A stretch of 64,000 bases of DNA from Lama guanicoe (lineage: Eukaryota), in assembly GCA_013239625.1 (NCBI GenBank), contig MU057073.1, positions 8,425,997-8,489,996 of the forward strand, given 5' to 3'. The position numbers and the translations under genes are program-made. Under the pieces are notes generated by a model. That model made no database searches, was not told the origin of the DNA, and saw nothing but the letters and a program-made list of their open reading frames with translations. Numbering within the stretch: position 1 is the first letter of the stretch; every line of letters begins with the position of its first letter. Shown one piece after another: positions 48,240 through 59,955 of the stretch.

Positions 48240-49570
48240 AGCTTTAAAATCTTACAACTTGTAAAAACAATTAAAGCAATAATCTTAAAAAGAAGCAGAA
48301 TGTGGCCTTCAGAGGAATGTGGGCCGTTCACACTTCGTGGTTAAATGCAGCCCCGTCGCTGGCCGGGGCCTGAGAAAACGCAGAGGCGCCCTGTGAATTT
48401 GTTGATGCCAGTTTGGACAGACTGTTTATTTTCATGATTTCATGGAAGAATTTTAATTTAATGAGTGTTTTATACTCTAATGTAAAGCATCGTTCGAACC
48501 CTGTAATTACTGTGTCAAAATAAGCCTTCTTAAGCGGCAGCGGCTTGATCTCTGGAGCTGCTAGTTGCCTCCGAATCAGCCCGTGGAGGTGGGGGAAGGG
48601 GCCGATGGGGGGAGACCAGCTTCTTAATGGAATTGGAAATTCACGCCACGAAGGGGCGAAGAGTGTCTGGGGGCGCTAATTCCCCCCAGCCTGTGACTTA
48701 AATGCTGGAGTCGATGAGCCTGGAGACAAATTTCTGCCTCTCCTTTGTCAACCTGAGTCTTCTCCTCACCAAGAAATAATTTACTTTCATAAAAGCCTGT
48801 TTATCCGACGGGGCATGCCAGTAGGTTAATTTCAGACACACAGTTCATCATTTCTGCATTTCCCCCTCTTTTTCAAAAAGAAGGATATTTTGCTTTTCAG
48901 CTGCATGCACGACTCACACATACACTTTTTTCCCTCCTATTTATTTACTTTAGAGCATGGAAGAGATTTCCGTGCAGCCTAAAATGAACAGGGCAACTGC
49001 TCCCAGTCCTGCAAGTCAAAGGTTACGGCCAAGTGAAATCTTCCAGTTTTAACAAAGTCTCCGTCCCTGTGTGCTACCTGCTCTTTCTCCTCGTCCGTCC
49101 ACTCTCACCAGGGCCAGCATTCCTGGGCGCCGCTGGCTTTTCCCTAATGGAGCACAAAATGTTCTTTGCAGATGCAGACTGAGAACCTCATCTCTCATCA
49201 CACCCCTCCTTGTCCCTGGATGGGGGATCCCCCAAACAAGCCACTGGAACGTCTTCTCTGGGTTGTTCTTTTTTTTTCATGCTAAGCTGCCCGGATTTGT
49301 GCTCATTGTTCCAAGTCCAAGAATTCGACTGTGCAATTTGATAACTTGCTATTTCCATCCCTGCTAAGAAATGCATGGGTCGTCGAGACACGGCGTACTT
49401 TTCTTAGCAAGGAAGGGAGGGAGGGACTTCTCACTCTGCTAATGAAACAGCCTCTCGCACTTTGCATTTTGATGGCACGGAGATAATAGAAGCAGTGAAT
49501 CCTCACACAGTGTGTGTCACAGCCTCCTAAGTCCCATCCCGCATTCGACATTCGACATTCGACAGACATT
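48240..49570. promoter_or_regulatory. Candidate conserved enhancer block
   Basis: ~1.3 kb with no recognisable repeat; TGTTTAT 48423, TTAATTTAATG 48453, GTAATTAC 48503, TGTCA 48513; several retained CpGs. Confidence 0.45.
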
Positions 49571-49714
49571 CGCTGTCTCCTTCCCTCCCCTGCAGAGTAG
49601 GACCGGTGTTACCATTTTACTGCCTGTGTTCCGGGAGGTGAAATGCTTTCCTAAGGGGCAGCAGGACGTCACCTCTGGTCGCTTTTGATTTCCAGTTCCA
49701 GCTTCTTTCTAAAA

Positions 49715-49904
49715 AGGATTGCTAGATTTAGGAAAAGAAAAGAACAAAACAAGACAAGACAAGACACCTACCTAAATTTAAATTCAGATAAACAATGGAT
49801 ACTTTAAAAATATGCCCATGTGTTATTTAGGATATCCATATATTAAGACATTATTTATCTGGAATTCAAAGTTAATTGGGCATCCTGTATTTTATCTGAC
49901 CTCT
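49715..49904. mobile_element. MER53 palindromic MITE inserted in a MIR
   Basis: 'aggattgctagatttagg...taaatttaaattcagataaacaa...tttatctggaattcaaagttaattgggcatcctgtattttatctg' matches the self-complementary MER53 layout. Confidence 0.8.
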
Positions 49905-50559
49905 GGATTTCCACTCTACCAGCTGCCTTCTCTTAAATATACGGAGACAAGAATCCTCTAGGTACACACTGTTGGCCCCTGGCTGAATCCACCGGCAGCT
50001 AAGTTTGCTTTGGCCAATGTATTTGGAATACGAATTTGGGGATTTTTCTGATGGAGCAGGGACTCTTCAGCCACCAGTCTCCACTCTCCTTATGTAGTCC
50101 AGCAGCTCCCCATGTAGATGTGCTGCTTGGTCTCCATGGCTTCTGGGTTGGGTACCTCCCTCCATTCCAGCCTCTACAGCCCTTGCTCCTCCGTGGCTTC
50201 TGGTTGGAAGTTCCCAGGGCAGCTTCGTGAAGCCCCATTGTGGGTGATGTTTTGAAGAAAGGAAAGAAAATGTATCAACAGACTGCAATGTGCTTTAATA
50301 GTCATGATCTCAGTTAGAACTCAAGGATGTAGGCGTGACTAGCCCTATGTTTGCCAATGAGGGTGTGGATGCTCAGAAAAGACAAATAATGGGCCAGGTC
50401 ACACTTCTGGCTGCAGGAAGGGGACTCAAGCCAGGTCGTCTGACTCCAACATCCCATCTTTTCACCCACGGTCTGTCTATCTTAAAATTCGTTCGCTCAC
50501 CTCCATGACCAACATTTGTTGAGTGACAGCCACGTACCTGGCACTGCTGGGTCAACTCT

Positions 50560-52030
50560 GGTTGGCCAGTTTTATTTCTTTCACTTGAAAAGGCCGAGGT
50601 CCACAACTGAAAGGCATCTGAAAAGGCCTTTGGCTCTTCTGATCCTGCAATGCATGGACGGGTCTGGAGTTTTATTTTTTCAGCACGCCGCGTCTTGGTG
50701 GAAAACGCTTCTCATTTTGTGCCTGTGATGCCGCTAAATTGTCCCTTGGATTTATTTCAAAGCGAANNNNNNNNNNNNNNNNNNNNNNNNNNNNNNNNNN
50801 NNNNNNNNNNNNNNNNNNNNNNNNNNNNNNNNNNNNNNNNNNNNNNNNNNNNNNNNNNNNNNNNNNNNNNNNNNNNNNNNNNNNNNNNNNNNNNNNNNNN
50901 NNNNNNNNNNNNNNNNNNNNNNNNNNNNNNNNNNNNNNAGGGCATTTAGCGGCTGTAATTCAAATCTAATTCAGAACATCTTAGCACCGGACCTGTCAGG
51001 CCCTTAAAATGCACTGTAGCTACAAAACCAAGGGCAACAGTCCCCGAGCCAGCTCTGTGCGGNNNNNNNNNNNNNNNNNNNNNNNNNNNNNNNNNNNNNN
51101 NNNNNNNNNNNNNNNNNNNNNNNNNNNNNNNNNNNNNNNNNNNNNNNNNNNNNNNNNNNNNNNNNNNNNNNNNNNNNNNNNNNNNNNNNNNNNNNNNNNN
51201 NNNNNNNNNNNNNNNNNNNNNNNNNNNNNNNNNNTCGTGCAGGCTTGAGTCTGCCTCCCACGGCCATGTGTACTTTTTTTGCCCTTAAAAATAGATATCC
51301 TGAAAAATGCATGCATGTGCGTAGTTAAAACAAAATAATAATAGTTGACTCTCAACCACCAAAAAAAAAAAAAAAATTCCCCTGTCAGGTCTGATTAGGA
51401 TCCTGTTGTGGGTTTTTTGGACCCTAAATCGGCCATGCACTTATTTATTATTTGTGGATGCTGCTTGTAATTGAATCTGGCTTAATTGGGGAGTGTTTCT
51501 TCTTGATGGAGTTCCACATGTGGCCACAAAGCACCCAAAGTCAGTGTGGCCTGGATGGTTTGAACTAGAATGAGAAGCCGGGCTGGGGAAGGGGGATTGG
51601 GCGCATGGCCGACCCATTGGACACAGATAGGATTACGGTGACCAACATGTAATTTTACCATCAAGATGAAACAGGGCCTGATTTTAAAGCACTCTGGTGA
51701 TCCTAGGCAGCTGTGCACTTTTAAGAGGCACTGCCTTAATGCAAGGACAAAGGCTAATGGGAATGTTTGCAGATTTTGCTTTTATGATTTATCTACTTTT
51801 AATGCACAACAATATAGACCCGCCCCTCGGGGGGCTCGTAAATGTGATTTTACTTCCCAAATTACAAAGCTAGTCAGTTATTTGGGAATGAGTCATTCAT
51901 TCAAAAGTGTCAGTAATGTGATGTGTTAACCATCAGGAAATTTTACACCAATTGGAATTATAAACACCAGATTCAAAAAAAGAAGAAAAAGAAAAAGCGA
52001 AAACGTTAGCCAGCAGCTAAGTCTCCTTAT
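50560..52030. promoter_or_regulatory. Candidate conserved non-coding element cluster (N-masked 50767-50938 and 51063-51234)
   Basis: Repeat-free, TAAT-rich (gtaattc, ctaattc, gtaattg, cttaattg, ccaattggaattataaaca), with two N masks. Confidence 0.55.
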
Positions 52031-53131
52031 GAATGGTGCCCCCTGTTAGGTACTATGTTTGCGGGAAGGCAGAACTGGAGACAATGTGGGTGGATTTTTT
52101 TCTGATCCTGCCTCCTTATCTCCACCCCAAAGCTACCCCAAAGTTCTTTTGGTATACTTGTGCCCGAGACTGAGATGGACAGTGAGCAACCTCGCTTGGT
52201 GACAGAAGAGATGCTGAGAGAGCAGGGTGACTGAGTTGGCACCCACGTGCTCTATAAGCCCTGTTGGCTGCAGGATGGGCTGGGCACCCTGCCGTGGAGG
52301 GACCCGAGTCTGGGCTGAGCTGTTTCAGCTAAGCTGACTCTTGAGAACCCTCCTCTGCTGCTCACACCATCCCCTGGGATTCCCTCTCTTGAGATTTTGT
52401 TCCCTCTGCTGGAAGCTGGCCACGCAGTTGACCCCAGTGGCTTTGGTTGGATCCCCAAATCCTTAAACCCTTCCTGGTGGGTGGGCCTCTTGGAAAATTG
52501 CAGTTTGGCATTAGCAGGGGAGTGTCATTGGAAAAGTTTAGTTGCAACGACTGATCACAGTGGAAGGCTGACGGGGAAGCCATGGTGGTCTCATCCTGAA
52601 GTTGTTTCCCAGAACACCAGGATGAGTCAGGGTTGGGGAACCACAGCATCAGGGTGTGGCCCTAAGACCGTCTCCTCCAGCTGTCACAGAGGCCCGGGGA
52701 CCTGTGTGTGCCTATGAGACACCGCCGTCCTCTCTGTCCCCTCCAGCCTCCAGCACCCAACCACTTGTCTCCTTGGAGGCCTGGCAAGTAACCCTGGTTC
52801 TAGATCTATTTCTTGTGGAATTTCTGGATGGCTCCTGAAATGGCTTTCACTGTTTCTCCCAGTGAAGAATGAACGCCAGTTCCTACCCCCGGGTCTCCTC
52901 AGCTGCTGCCCTCTGATCCGAGGCAAAACCTGAGGCCCATGGACTTCCATTATTGACTTGTTGGCTGCATCCATCCTGCCACATCAGGTTGGGGAAGAAA
53001 ACCAAGTCTCAGAGGGTGAAGAGACTCCCCCAGGTTTGCCCAGTTGTTAAGGACTGAGTCAGGACTATGATAATGGACTCTTTCTCAAAGGATTGAAATA
53101 GTTTACAGCAAAGGAAGCTGGTTAAGTCACT

Positions 53132-53667
53132 TTCTTCTTAAAATGCAAGTTTTAAAGGTTACTTTCCACTTACAGTTATTACAAAATATTGGCTCTATGT
53201 CCCATGTTGTACAACACATCCTTGAGCCTCTTACACCCAACAGTTTGTACCTCCCTCTCCTACCCCAACTCTATATTGCTCATCCCGCACTGGTAACCAC
53301 TAGTTTGTTCTCTATATCTGTGAATCTGCTTCTTTTTTGTTNNNNNNNNNNNNNNNNNNNNNNNNNNNNNNNNNNNNNNNNNNNNNNNNNNNNNNNNNNN
53401 NNNNNNNNNNNNNNNNNNNNNNNNNNNNNNNNNNNNNNNNNNNNNNNNNNNNNNNNNNNNNNNNNNNNNNCAAAATTTTATTCTTTTTTATGGCTGAGTA
53501 GTATTCCAATGTATATATACCACATCTTCTTTACCCAGTCATCTGCCGATGGACATTTAAATTGTTTCCATATCTTGGCAATTGTAAATAGTGCTGCTAT
53601 AAACATTGGGGTGCATGTATCTTTTTGAACTAGTGTCTGAAAAGATACATTCACCCCAATGTTTATA
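53132..53667 (-). mobile_element. 5'-truncated L1 with a short 5' inverted duplication (N-masked 53342-53470)
   Basis: 'actggtaaccactagtttgttctctatatctgtg', 'tatggctgagtagtattcc'; TSD-like TAAGTCACT at 53123-53131 and 53666-53674. Confidence 0.88.
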
Positions 53668-54429
53668 AGTCACTATTTCAATAGCTAGTTGCTATGCTAG
53701 TTTCTGGGGCTACATAGAGGCAAAAACTTTCCATCTTCCTAGAAAAGAGCAAGAGGTGTGATTCTTTCCTCCTGGCTCCTACTGAGATGGGTACAAAATG
53801 TAGAAACAGAGAATTTCCTCCACCAGCTGGTAGCTTGGGGAGAAATGGATTCCAGCAGATAGAGGACAGATTCCAAAATGCTACTGAGGGCTCGTGAGCA
53901 GCTCATCTCTCCCAGAAAGCAGCATAGCTTGTAAGAAGACACCTGGACCTTATGGAGGCCCTCTATTTAGAGGGATGTATTTGTAAGCAAGTCAAGTTAG
54001 GTTTCCTTTCAACTGCTCTACATCAATAGAATTCAAAGGCAGCTATATGATTATCACAATTCTATTTATGTACTTATGGATGAAATAATTACTTATGCAA
54101 TTATTGATGATTACTTACTTGAAGTCTCTCTGTCTTCTTACCAGATCATCCTTGTTCATCTCTGATTCCTGGAACCTGGCATCTGTCTGGCACATAGTGT
54201 GCATTCATTAAGCATTCACTGAGAGAAAGAATGAAAAAGTGGCTACCCCAAGAGTAAAGTTGGAAATGATGGTGTGAGATGGCTTCTTCAAAACGCAGGT
54301 GGGTACCAGTGTGTCTGAAAGATTTTTAAATGGCATATATACCTTTGTAATCATTAGAAAAAAAACAAAGCAAAAGAAAGAAAAATAAATCATCAACATC
54401 TTATAAAACAAGGTGATGTAAACAACAAA

Positions 54430-55229
54430 AATGTCAGTTATGACAATAAATATAAATGGCTTAAACTTCATGCTTACTCCTAGATTGGACCAAAAAAAAT
54501 CCAACTCCAAATTCAACTACGTACTGTTTCCACAAGGCACAAAAGTTTGAGGGAAAATTATAACACGAAGTGGCTCAAAAGTTTGAAGGAAAAGTTTTTT
54601 CAAAGCCTCTTTTAAGCAATCATAAGGCAAAACAAACAAAACCAAAAGAACACGAAGACTGAATTTTGGTTGCTAAAATTTGATAAAATCTATAAACAAA
54701 ACAAGACAATCACAAAGTTGTGTGGGATGAATTGCATAGTATTAAAATTGAGAAAGCAAAAACTGTTAACACAAAGAGAAATTATCACAAACATAGTAAG
54801 AGTAATTTATTGTTAAGAAGAATTTAGTCCTTCAAGATCGAGTAGTTAAAAAACAGAAATGTGGATATTGTGAACAACGTATTTATTTATTTATTTACTT
54901 ATTACCTGTTATAGTTTGCTTTACAACTTTTCCAATCCCATGGAACATTTTAAAAAAATGGTGATAAATTTTAACTGTGATAAAAATGTTTGATAAATTA
55001 AGAAAAAGCACAAGCTAAATTTCGAGTGCCCAAAATAATACTTTCAATTTTTATCAGCAGCAGCAACTAACAAAACCCATGTAAAAAACAATGTAACAGA
55101 CTTTTCTTCTAAATATCTCTTAGGTCAAAGAGTAACTAAAAGCTGCAATTGGAAGCTACCTAGAAAATATTCATAATGACCACCCAATATGTGGAAATCC
55201 AGCCCATATGGCACCTCTCTATTACATGA
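54430..55229 (+). mobile_element. Ancient L1 ORF2 endonuclease-region remnant
   Basis: 'tcagttatgacaataaatataaatggcttaaac' reads SVMTININGLN, resembling the start of the L1 EN domain (TLNVNGLN); A-rich on the + strand. Confidence 0.55.
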
Positions 55230-55662
55230 TGTATTAGTTTCCTGTGGCTGCTGTAACAAACCACCACAAAGCTGGTGGCTTATCACAACAGAAAGACATT
55301 CTGTCACCGTTCTGGAGAGCAGAAGTCTGAAGTCAAGTCTGGCAGGGCTGTGCTCCCTCCAAGGGCTGCTGGGGAGAGTCTCTTCCAGCCACCCCAGCTG
55401 TCTTGAGGCTTCGTAAGTCCATCCTCTGCCTCCGTCTTCACATCACCTTCTCCTCTGTGTGTCTGTGTTAAATCTCTGTTCATGTCTGCTCTTGAAAGGA
55501 TACAAATAATAGCATTTAGGGCCCATTTAGATAATCCAGGGTAAGCTCTTTCCCCCAAGATCCTTAACTTTATCACATCTTTTGCCATATAAGGTAATAG
55601 TCACAGGTTCTAGGAATTAGGAGTGAATATACCTTTGGAGAGGTAATTTTTCATCCTATTGC
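55230..55662 (-). mobile_element. MaLR solo LTR MLT1C-like
   Basis: 'tgtattagtttcctgtggctgctgtaacaaaccaccacaaagctggtggctta...caagatccttaactttatcacatc...aaggtaatagtcacaggttctagg'. Confidence 0.9.
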
Positions 55663-55862
55663 GGAAGGAAATCTGTAACATAAAATACTCTTCACTGCTA
55701 AATAAGAAAGAATAAAAATCAAGTGCTTAGGTCAAGAAATGAGAAAGAGAACTCAACAAAGAAATCAAGAAAAGAAGGGGCTGGTATTCTGTTTAGAATT
55801 TTAGAACTATATGAATGGGAGTGATCAAGGATAATTTAAAAAATTTAAAATATATGCAAAGT

Positions 55863-56003
55863 GTTTTTTAAAAAAATTTTTGGTGGAGTGAGGTAATTAA
55901 GTTTATTTATTTATTTTGTTTTTTAACAGAGGTACTGGGGATTGAACTCAAGACCTCGTGCATGCTAGGCAAGCACTCTACCTCTGAGCTATACCCTCCC
56001 CCC
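55863..56003 (-). mobile_element. tRNA-Ala-derived camelid SINE (Vic-1-like), long form
   Basis: 'gaggtaattaagtttatttattt...gaggtactggggattgaactcaagacctcgtgcatgctaggcaagcactctacctctgagctataccctcccccc'; flanking direct repeat AAAAATTTAAAATATA at 55839-55854 and 56006-56021. Confidence 0.9.
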
Positions 56004-56044
56004 TCAAAAATTTAAAATATAAATAAATGAATATAAATGAAAAT

Positions 56045-56500
56045 GTGAAATGAACACATCAGAGATTGTATTTAATTCATTAATTAATGAGGCAACTGGT
56101 AAGAAACGATTGGCTGAGAGGAGAATTTAAAGAGCAGAGACACATACAGGTCATGAAATGAAGTTACAAACAGATGGGTGATGCAGAGCCAAAGACTCTT
56201 TCAAAGAGGTAGGGGAAGAGCCAAGATACACAAAAATTTTGTCACAAAGACCAGGTAGTCAGAACATCAAAAGATTACTGTTAAAGAAAACTAGATATCT
56301 CAAATTAAGGAATTTAGCACTTTTCTGTGTATGGGAAGGTGCAAAGGTTTGGGCTCATTTAAATTATTCCCTTTTGCTGCCTGCTTGTCCCCATCCTGAG
56401 TTCCCTCTGCTCACTGTCAGGAGCGGTGGCAGCAGCTGATGACTTGATGGCCACAGTGTCCTTTGTGTAATGATACGGCTGGCAATATTTTTCATTCACA
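56045..56500 (-). mobile_element. ERV1-class LTR (MER41-like artiodactyl LTR; best match 56200-56500)
   Basis: 'gtagtcagaacatcaaaagattactgttaaagaaaactagatatctcaaattaaggaatttagcacttttctgtgtatgggaag...ggcaatattttttcattcaca'. Confidence 0.65.
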
Positions 56501-56839
56501 GGTGTGTTTCCCAAACTCGTTAAACTGCAGAAACCTTCTCTCTTGCTTCGCTAGGAGGCAGCTGGAGGGACTGGCGTTCCCTGGGGCACCCACTGGGGAA
56601 AGCCGGCTTATCTCACTCTGAGGAAGAGTGAAGGATAGAGCGACATTTGACCAGAGCCTCTTTATTGCAGACAAATAGATGGTGGAATCCAGTGTGGGCA
56701 GGAGAGCCGAGGCAAGAAGAGGCTGTCCCTGAGCCTTTCCTGGCCCTCCCTGCTGCCATGACATTGTAACAGGGCTCAGGAACTGGGCCCCCCGCTCTGA
56801 AAGGTGGCCCATGCTCACACAGTGGTTTTACAGGAAACA

Positions 56840-57010
56840 ACTTAGGGAGAAAGTATAACCCAGTGGTCAGGTGAACAGACTCAGACAGAGCTGAGTTCAA
56901 GTCCTGGCTTTAGCCCTTTAGTCAAACTTTGTGTGGCTTCAGACATACCATTTAACTTCTCCAAGCTTCCATGTCCCCATCCGCAAACTGCGAATTACAA
57001 GTTCTATCTT
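56840..57010 (+). mobile_element. MIR SINE
   Basis: 'cagacagagctgagttcaagtcctggct...tttaacttctccaagcttccatgtccccatccgcaaa'. Confidence 0.7.
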
Positions 57011-58399
57011 GTTAGTTGCAGCTGGAATTCAAGGCCGCGGCATCAGTAAAACTCTTTAGCACAGAAGTCACTCATAGTCAGGGTGTGGGTGGCCCCCGGG
57101 AGGGGGTGGTGGGTGCTGCTAGCACTCTTGCCAACAGGTGGGTCAGCTCCCAGCCTCTTCTCTGTGAGGATGGACGCCTGCCTGCCTGGCATCTCATTCA
57201 CAGAGAGCCTCACCCTGGTAATGCTGGGAGCAGATGCAAACTCCCGGGCCAATTTTAAACAACTGCCTGAATTCCAGAACCTATTTATTTAGAATCCAAA
57301 GGATTCCTCTTACAGAAGCAAAAAAACAACTTTTATTTTTTACTGTAACAAACACAGATTTAAAGCTAAGCCTGTGTACATATCCATATGGCATTCTTAG
57401 AGAGGAGGAAAGGAATTTTATATTGACAGCAACAAGGGCTGTCGGAATCAGTCCCATTGTTGACCCCACACACTCTTTCTCTATCTATGAGTTCATTTAA
57501 CGATGAAGTTCGGAGAAGTTGTGACTTGTCCAAGCTCACACAGCCAGGATGTGGTGGGGCTGGGAGACAAGCCTGGTTCTGCATGAGCTGAATCTCCTTT
57601 CTGGAGCACACAGGCATCCATGTTCCTGAGACGGAGTGGAGAACAAGCCTTACAGATCAAAAAGGAATGTAGGATGAACTAAAAGGCATTTTCCAAAGTA
57701 AATGCCTTCTACTCTTCCCTCCATCCACCTCCCACTTTTTCATGCAAGAAAAGCCAACTGGCCTTCCTCTGTCACTCTCAATCTCAGCAGATGCTCATCC
57801 ATCTTCTTATGGTCCAGACCAGAAGCTTCAGAGACGTCCTGGGATCTTCCTCTCCTTCACATCTTTGTGAGTCCATCTTTTCGGCATCTCTGGATGCTCC
57901 ACATTCCTGCTTCTCTGTCCCCACCCACTGCCCAGATTCAGGACCAAGTCATCTCCCACTTGACTATCGATGTCGAGTCCTAGCCAGGTGCTGAGCTCTG
58001 GTGCCCCCATCCCTCTCGGTTGACAGCATGGTCTTTCTTTCTTTAAAATTTTTGATACATTTAATTTATAACGAGGTGATACATGCACAAGATTCAAAAT
58101 TCAAAAAGTGTGAAGAATGTGGGGAAAATTGGGTCCTCAAGCCCCTTAGGTGCCCCCAGAGGTCCCCATAGCTGGCAGTTACCTCCAAAGACTGTCAGTG
58201 CTTGTAACTCCGAACCACCATCTTTGCCTGTCCCTGCATTAGTGGCGGCACCTTATTACGTGCTGTCCTGCACCTTGCTGTCTCCTCCTTAGTGTATCTT
58301 AGCGATTGCTCCATTTCAGTGCTTTAGATCCCCAGCATTCTTTTAAGACCTCCCTAATATTTTCATGTGTACACCCTGCTCTATCTTAAAATGTGTCTG

Positions 58400-58610
58400 T
58401 ATTTTGTAAACACTGATATAGTGGTAATTTTACGTGCAGGTTCTGTTGAAGAGCTGTTCAGGTATTAATTCATTCAGTGTAAGGGCAACCCTAGGAGATA
58501 TTGTTTTGTTATTTCCATTTAAAGTTGAGAAAACAGAGGCTCAGAGAAGTCAAGAAACTAGGGCTGGTCAGTGGCAGCGCAGGGGTGCTACCCAGGTGGT
58601 CCAGCTCCGG
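58400..58610 (-). mobile_element. MIR SINE
   Basis: 'atttccatttaaagttgagaaaacagaggctcagagaagtcaagaaact'. Confidence 0.75.
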
Positions 58611-58615
58611 AGCGT

Positions 58616-59080
58616 GTGTCTGTCTCACTGTCCCAGGGCAGCTGTAACGAACTACCACAAACTGTGTGACTTAAACAACGGAACTTCAGTCTCTCACAGC
58701 TCCTGAGGCTGGAAGTCCAAGATCGAGGTGTCAGCAGAGCCACGTTGTTTTCTGAGACTCTGGATAGGATCCGTTCCATGTCTCTCCCTTAGCTTCTGGG
58801 GGTGACCAGCAATTGTTGGGGTCCCTTGGTTTGGAGCTGCATCACTCCAACCTCTGCCTCCATCGTCCCCTTGGGTCTCTGCCTTCAGTGGTGTTCTCCT
58901 TTCTGTGTCTCCCCTCTTCCTATAAGGACCCCAGAATTAATAGAGTGTGGGCCTGCCCTATGCCACGTCATCCTCACGAATCACGTCAGCAGTGGCCCTG
59001 TTTCCAAACTAGGTCACATTCTGAGACACTGGGGTTAGAACTTCAGCATATATTCTGGGAGACACTTTCCACCCACAATG
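58616..59080 (-). mobile_element. MaLR solo LTR MLT1C/B-like
   Basis: 'gggcagctgtaacgaactaccacaaactgtgtgacttaaacaac...gaggctggaagtccaagatcgaggtgtcagcag...ggtcacattctgagacactgggg'. Confidence 0.88.
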
Positions 59081-59630
59081 ATGTTCTTAACCACTGTTCG
59101 CTTGTTGATGGAGTTCTCTGTCATTTCCAGACTTCCCCTATTGCAAATGAAAATCCACATCCGTGCATGTAGCCACAGGGCAAGTTCCTAGCAGGGCTGC
59201 GTTAAGACGACCTCCATTTAACTCTGAATTAATCTTGACAATTGCTCTCCACAAAGGTGGAGATTACTGCCCTCCTCCAAACGACATATAGAAAAATAGA
59301 TTTTTAATCTTCGTAAATTTAGTGGATAAAAACGGAATCTCGTACTTTTATAATTGCATTCTCCTTATTATGAGTGAATTTGACCAACTTTTAATATGTT
59401 CAGAACTCATTTTTCTTTCTTTTGCTGTGAGCCATTTGCTCACCTCATTTGCAGAATTTGGTCTTTTAGTTAAGAATTTGTAGCAGTTTTCCAGAAATTA
59501 AGGAACTCAATCCTTTCTCTGTGATATAACTTGCAAATATGTCCCCCCACTTTATAGTTTGTCTTTGGATTTTATTCGTGTTTTCCTCCATGCAGAAACT
59601 TCTACTTTTTACATACATTTTCCTTTTCCA
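59080..59630 (-). mobile_element. Old L1ME fragment (earlier part at 58040-58370)
   Basis: 'aattgctctccacaaagg', 'aattgcattctccttattatgagtgaatttgacc', 'gatataacttgcaaatatgtcccccc'. Confidence 0.7.
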
Positions 59631-59865
59631 TAATTGAATGTGTCAGGTTTTAACTGCTTCTACATCACATGTTACATAATGTTTCTAAAGCATCCATCTG
59701 CTTACGTCACTCTGCTCCTCGCCGCCCTTGGCATAAAACACAGTGTCTTGGCCTGGCCTCCTGTTACCTCCACCATCTCATCACCTGCTCCCCAAAAGCT
59801 CCCAAATGGATCCCAGTTGTGTGAGTTCATCTTGCATGTCCACCCTCATGAGCTCTGACTCATGC

Positions 59866-59955
59866 TTTTTTTTTTTTAATGGAAGTACTGGGGATTGAAC
59901 CCAGGACCTCGTGCATCTGAGCATGCACTCTACCACTGAGCTATACCCTCCTCCC
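59866..59955 (-). mobile_element. tRNA-Ala-derived camelid SINE (Vic-1-like), short form
   Basis: 'ttttttaatggaagtactggggattgaacccaggacctcgtgcatctgagcatgcactctaccactgagctataccctcc'; TSD actcatgcttt / actcctgcttt starting at 59858 and 59957. Confidence 0.9.
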
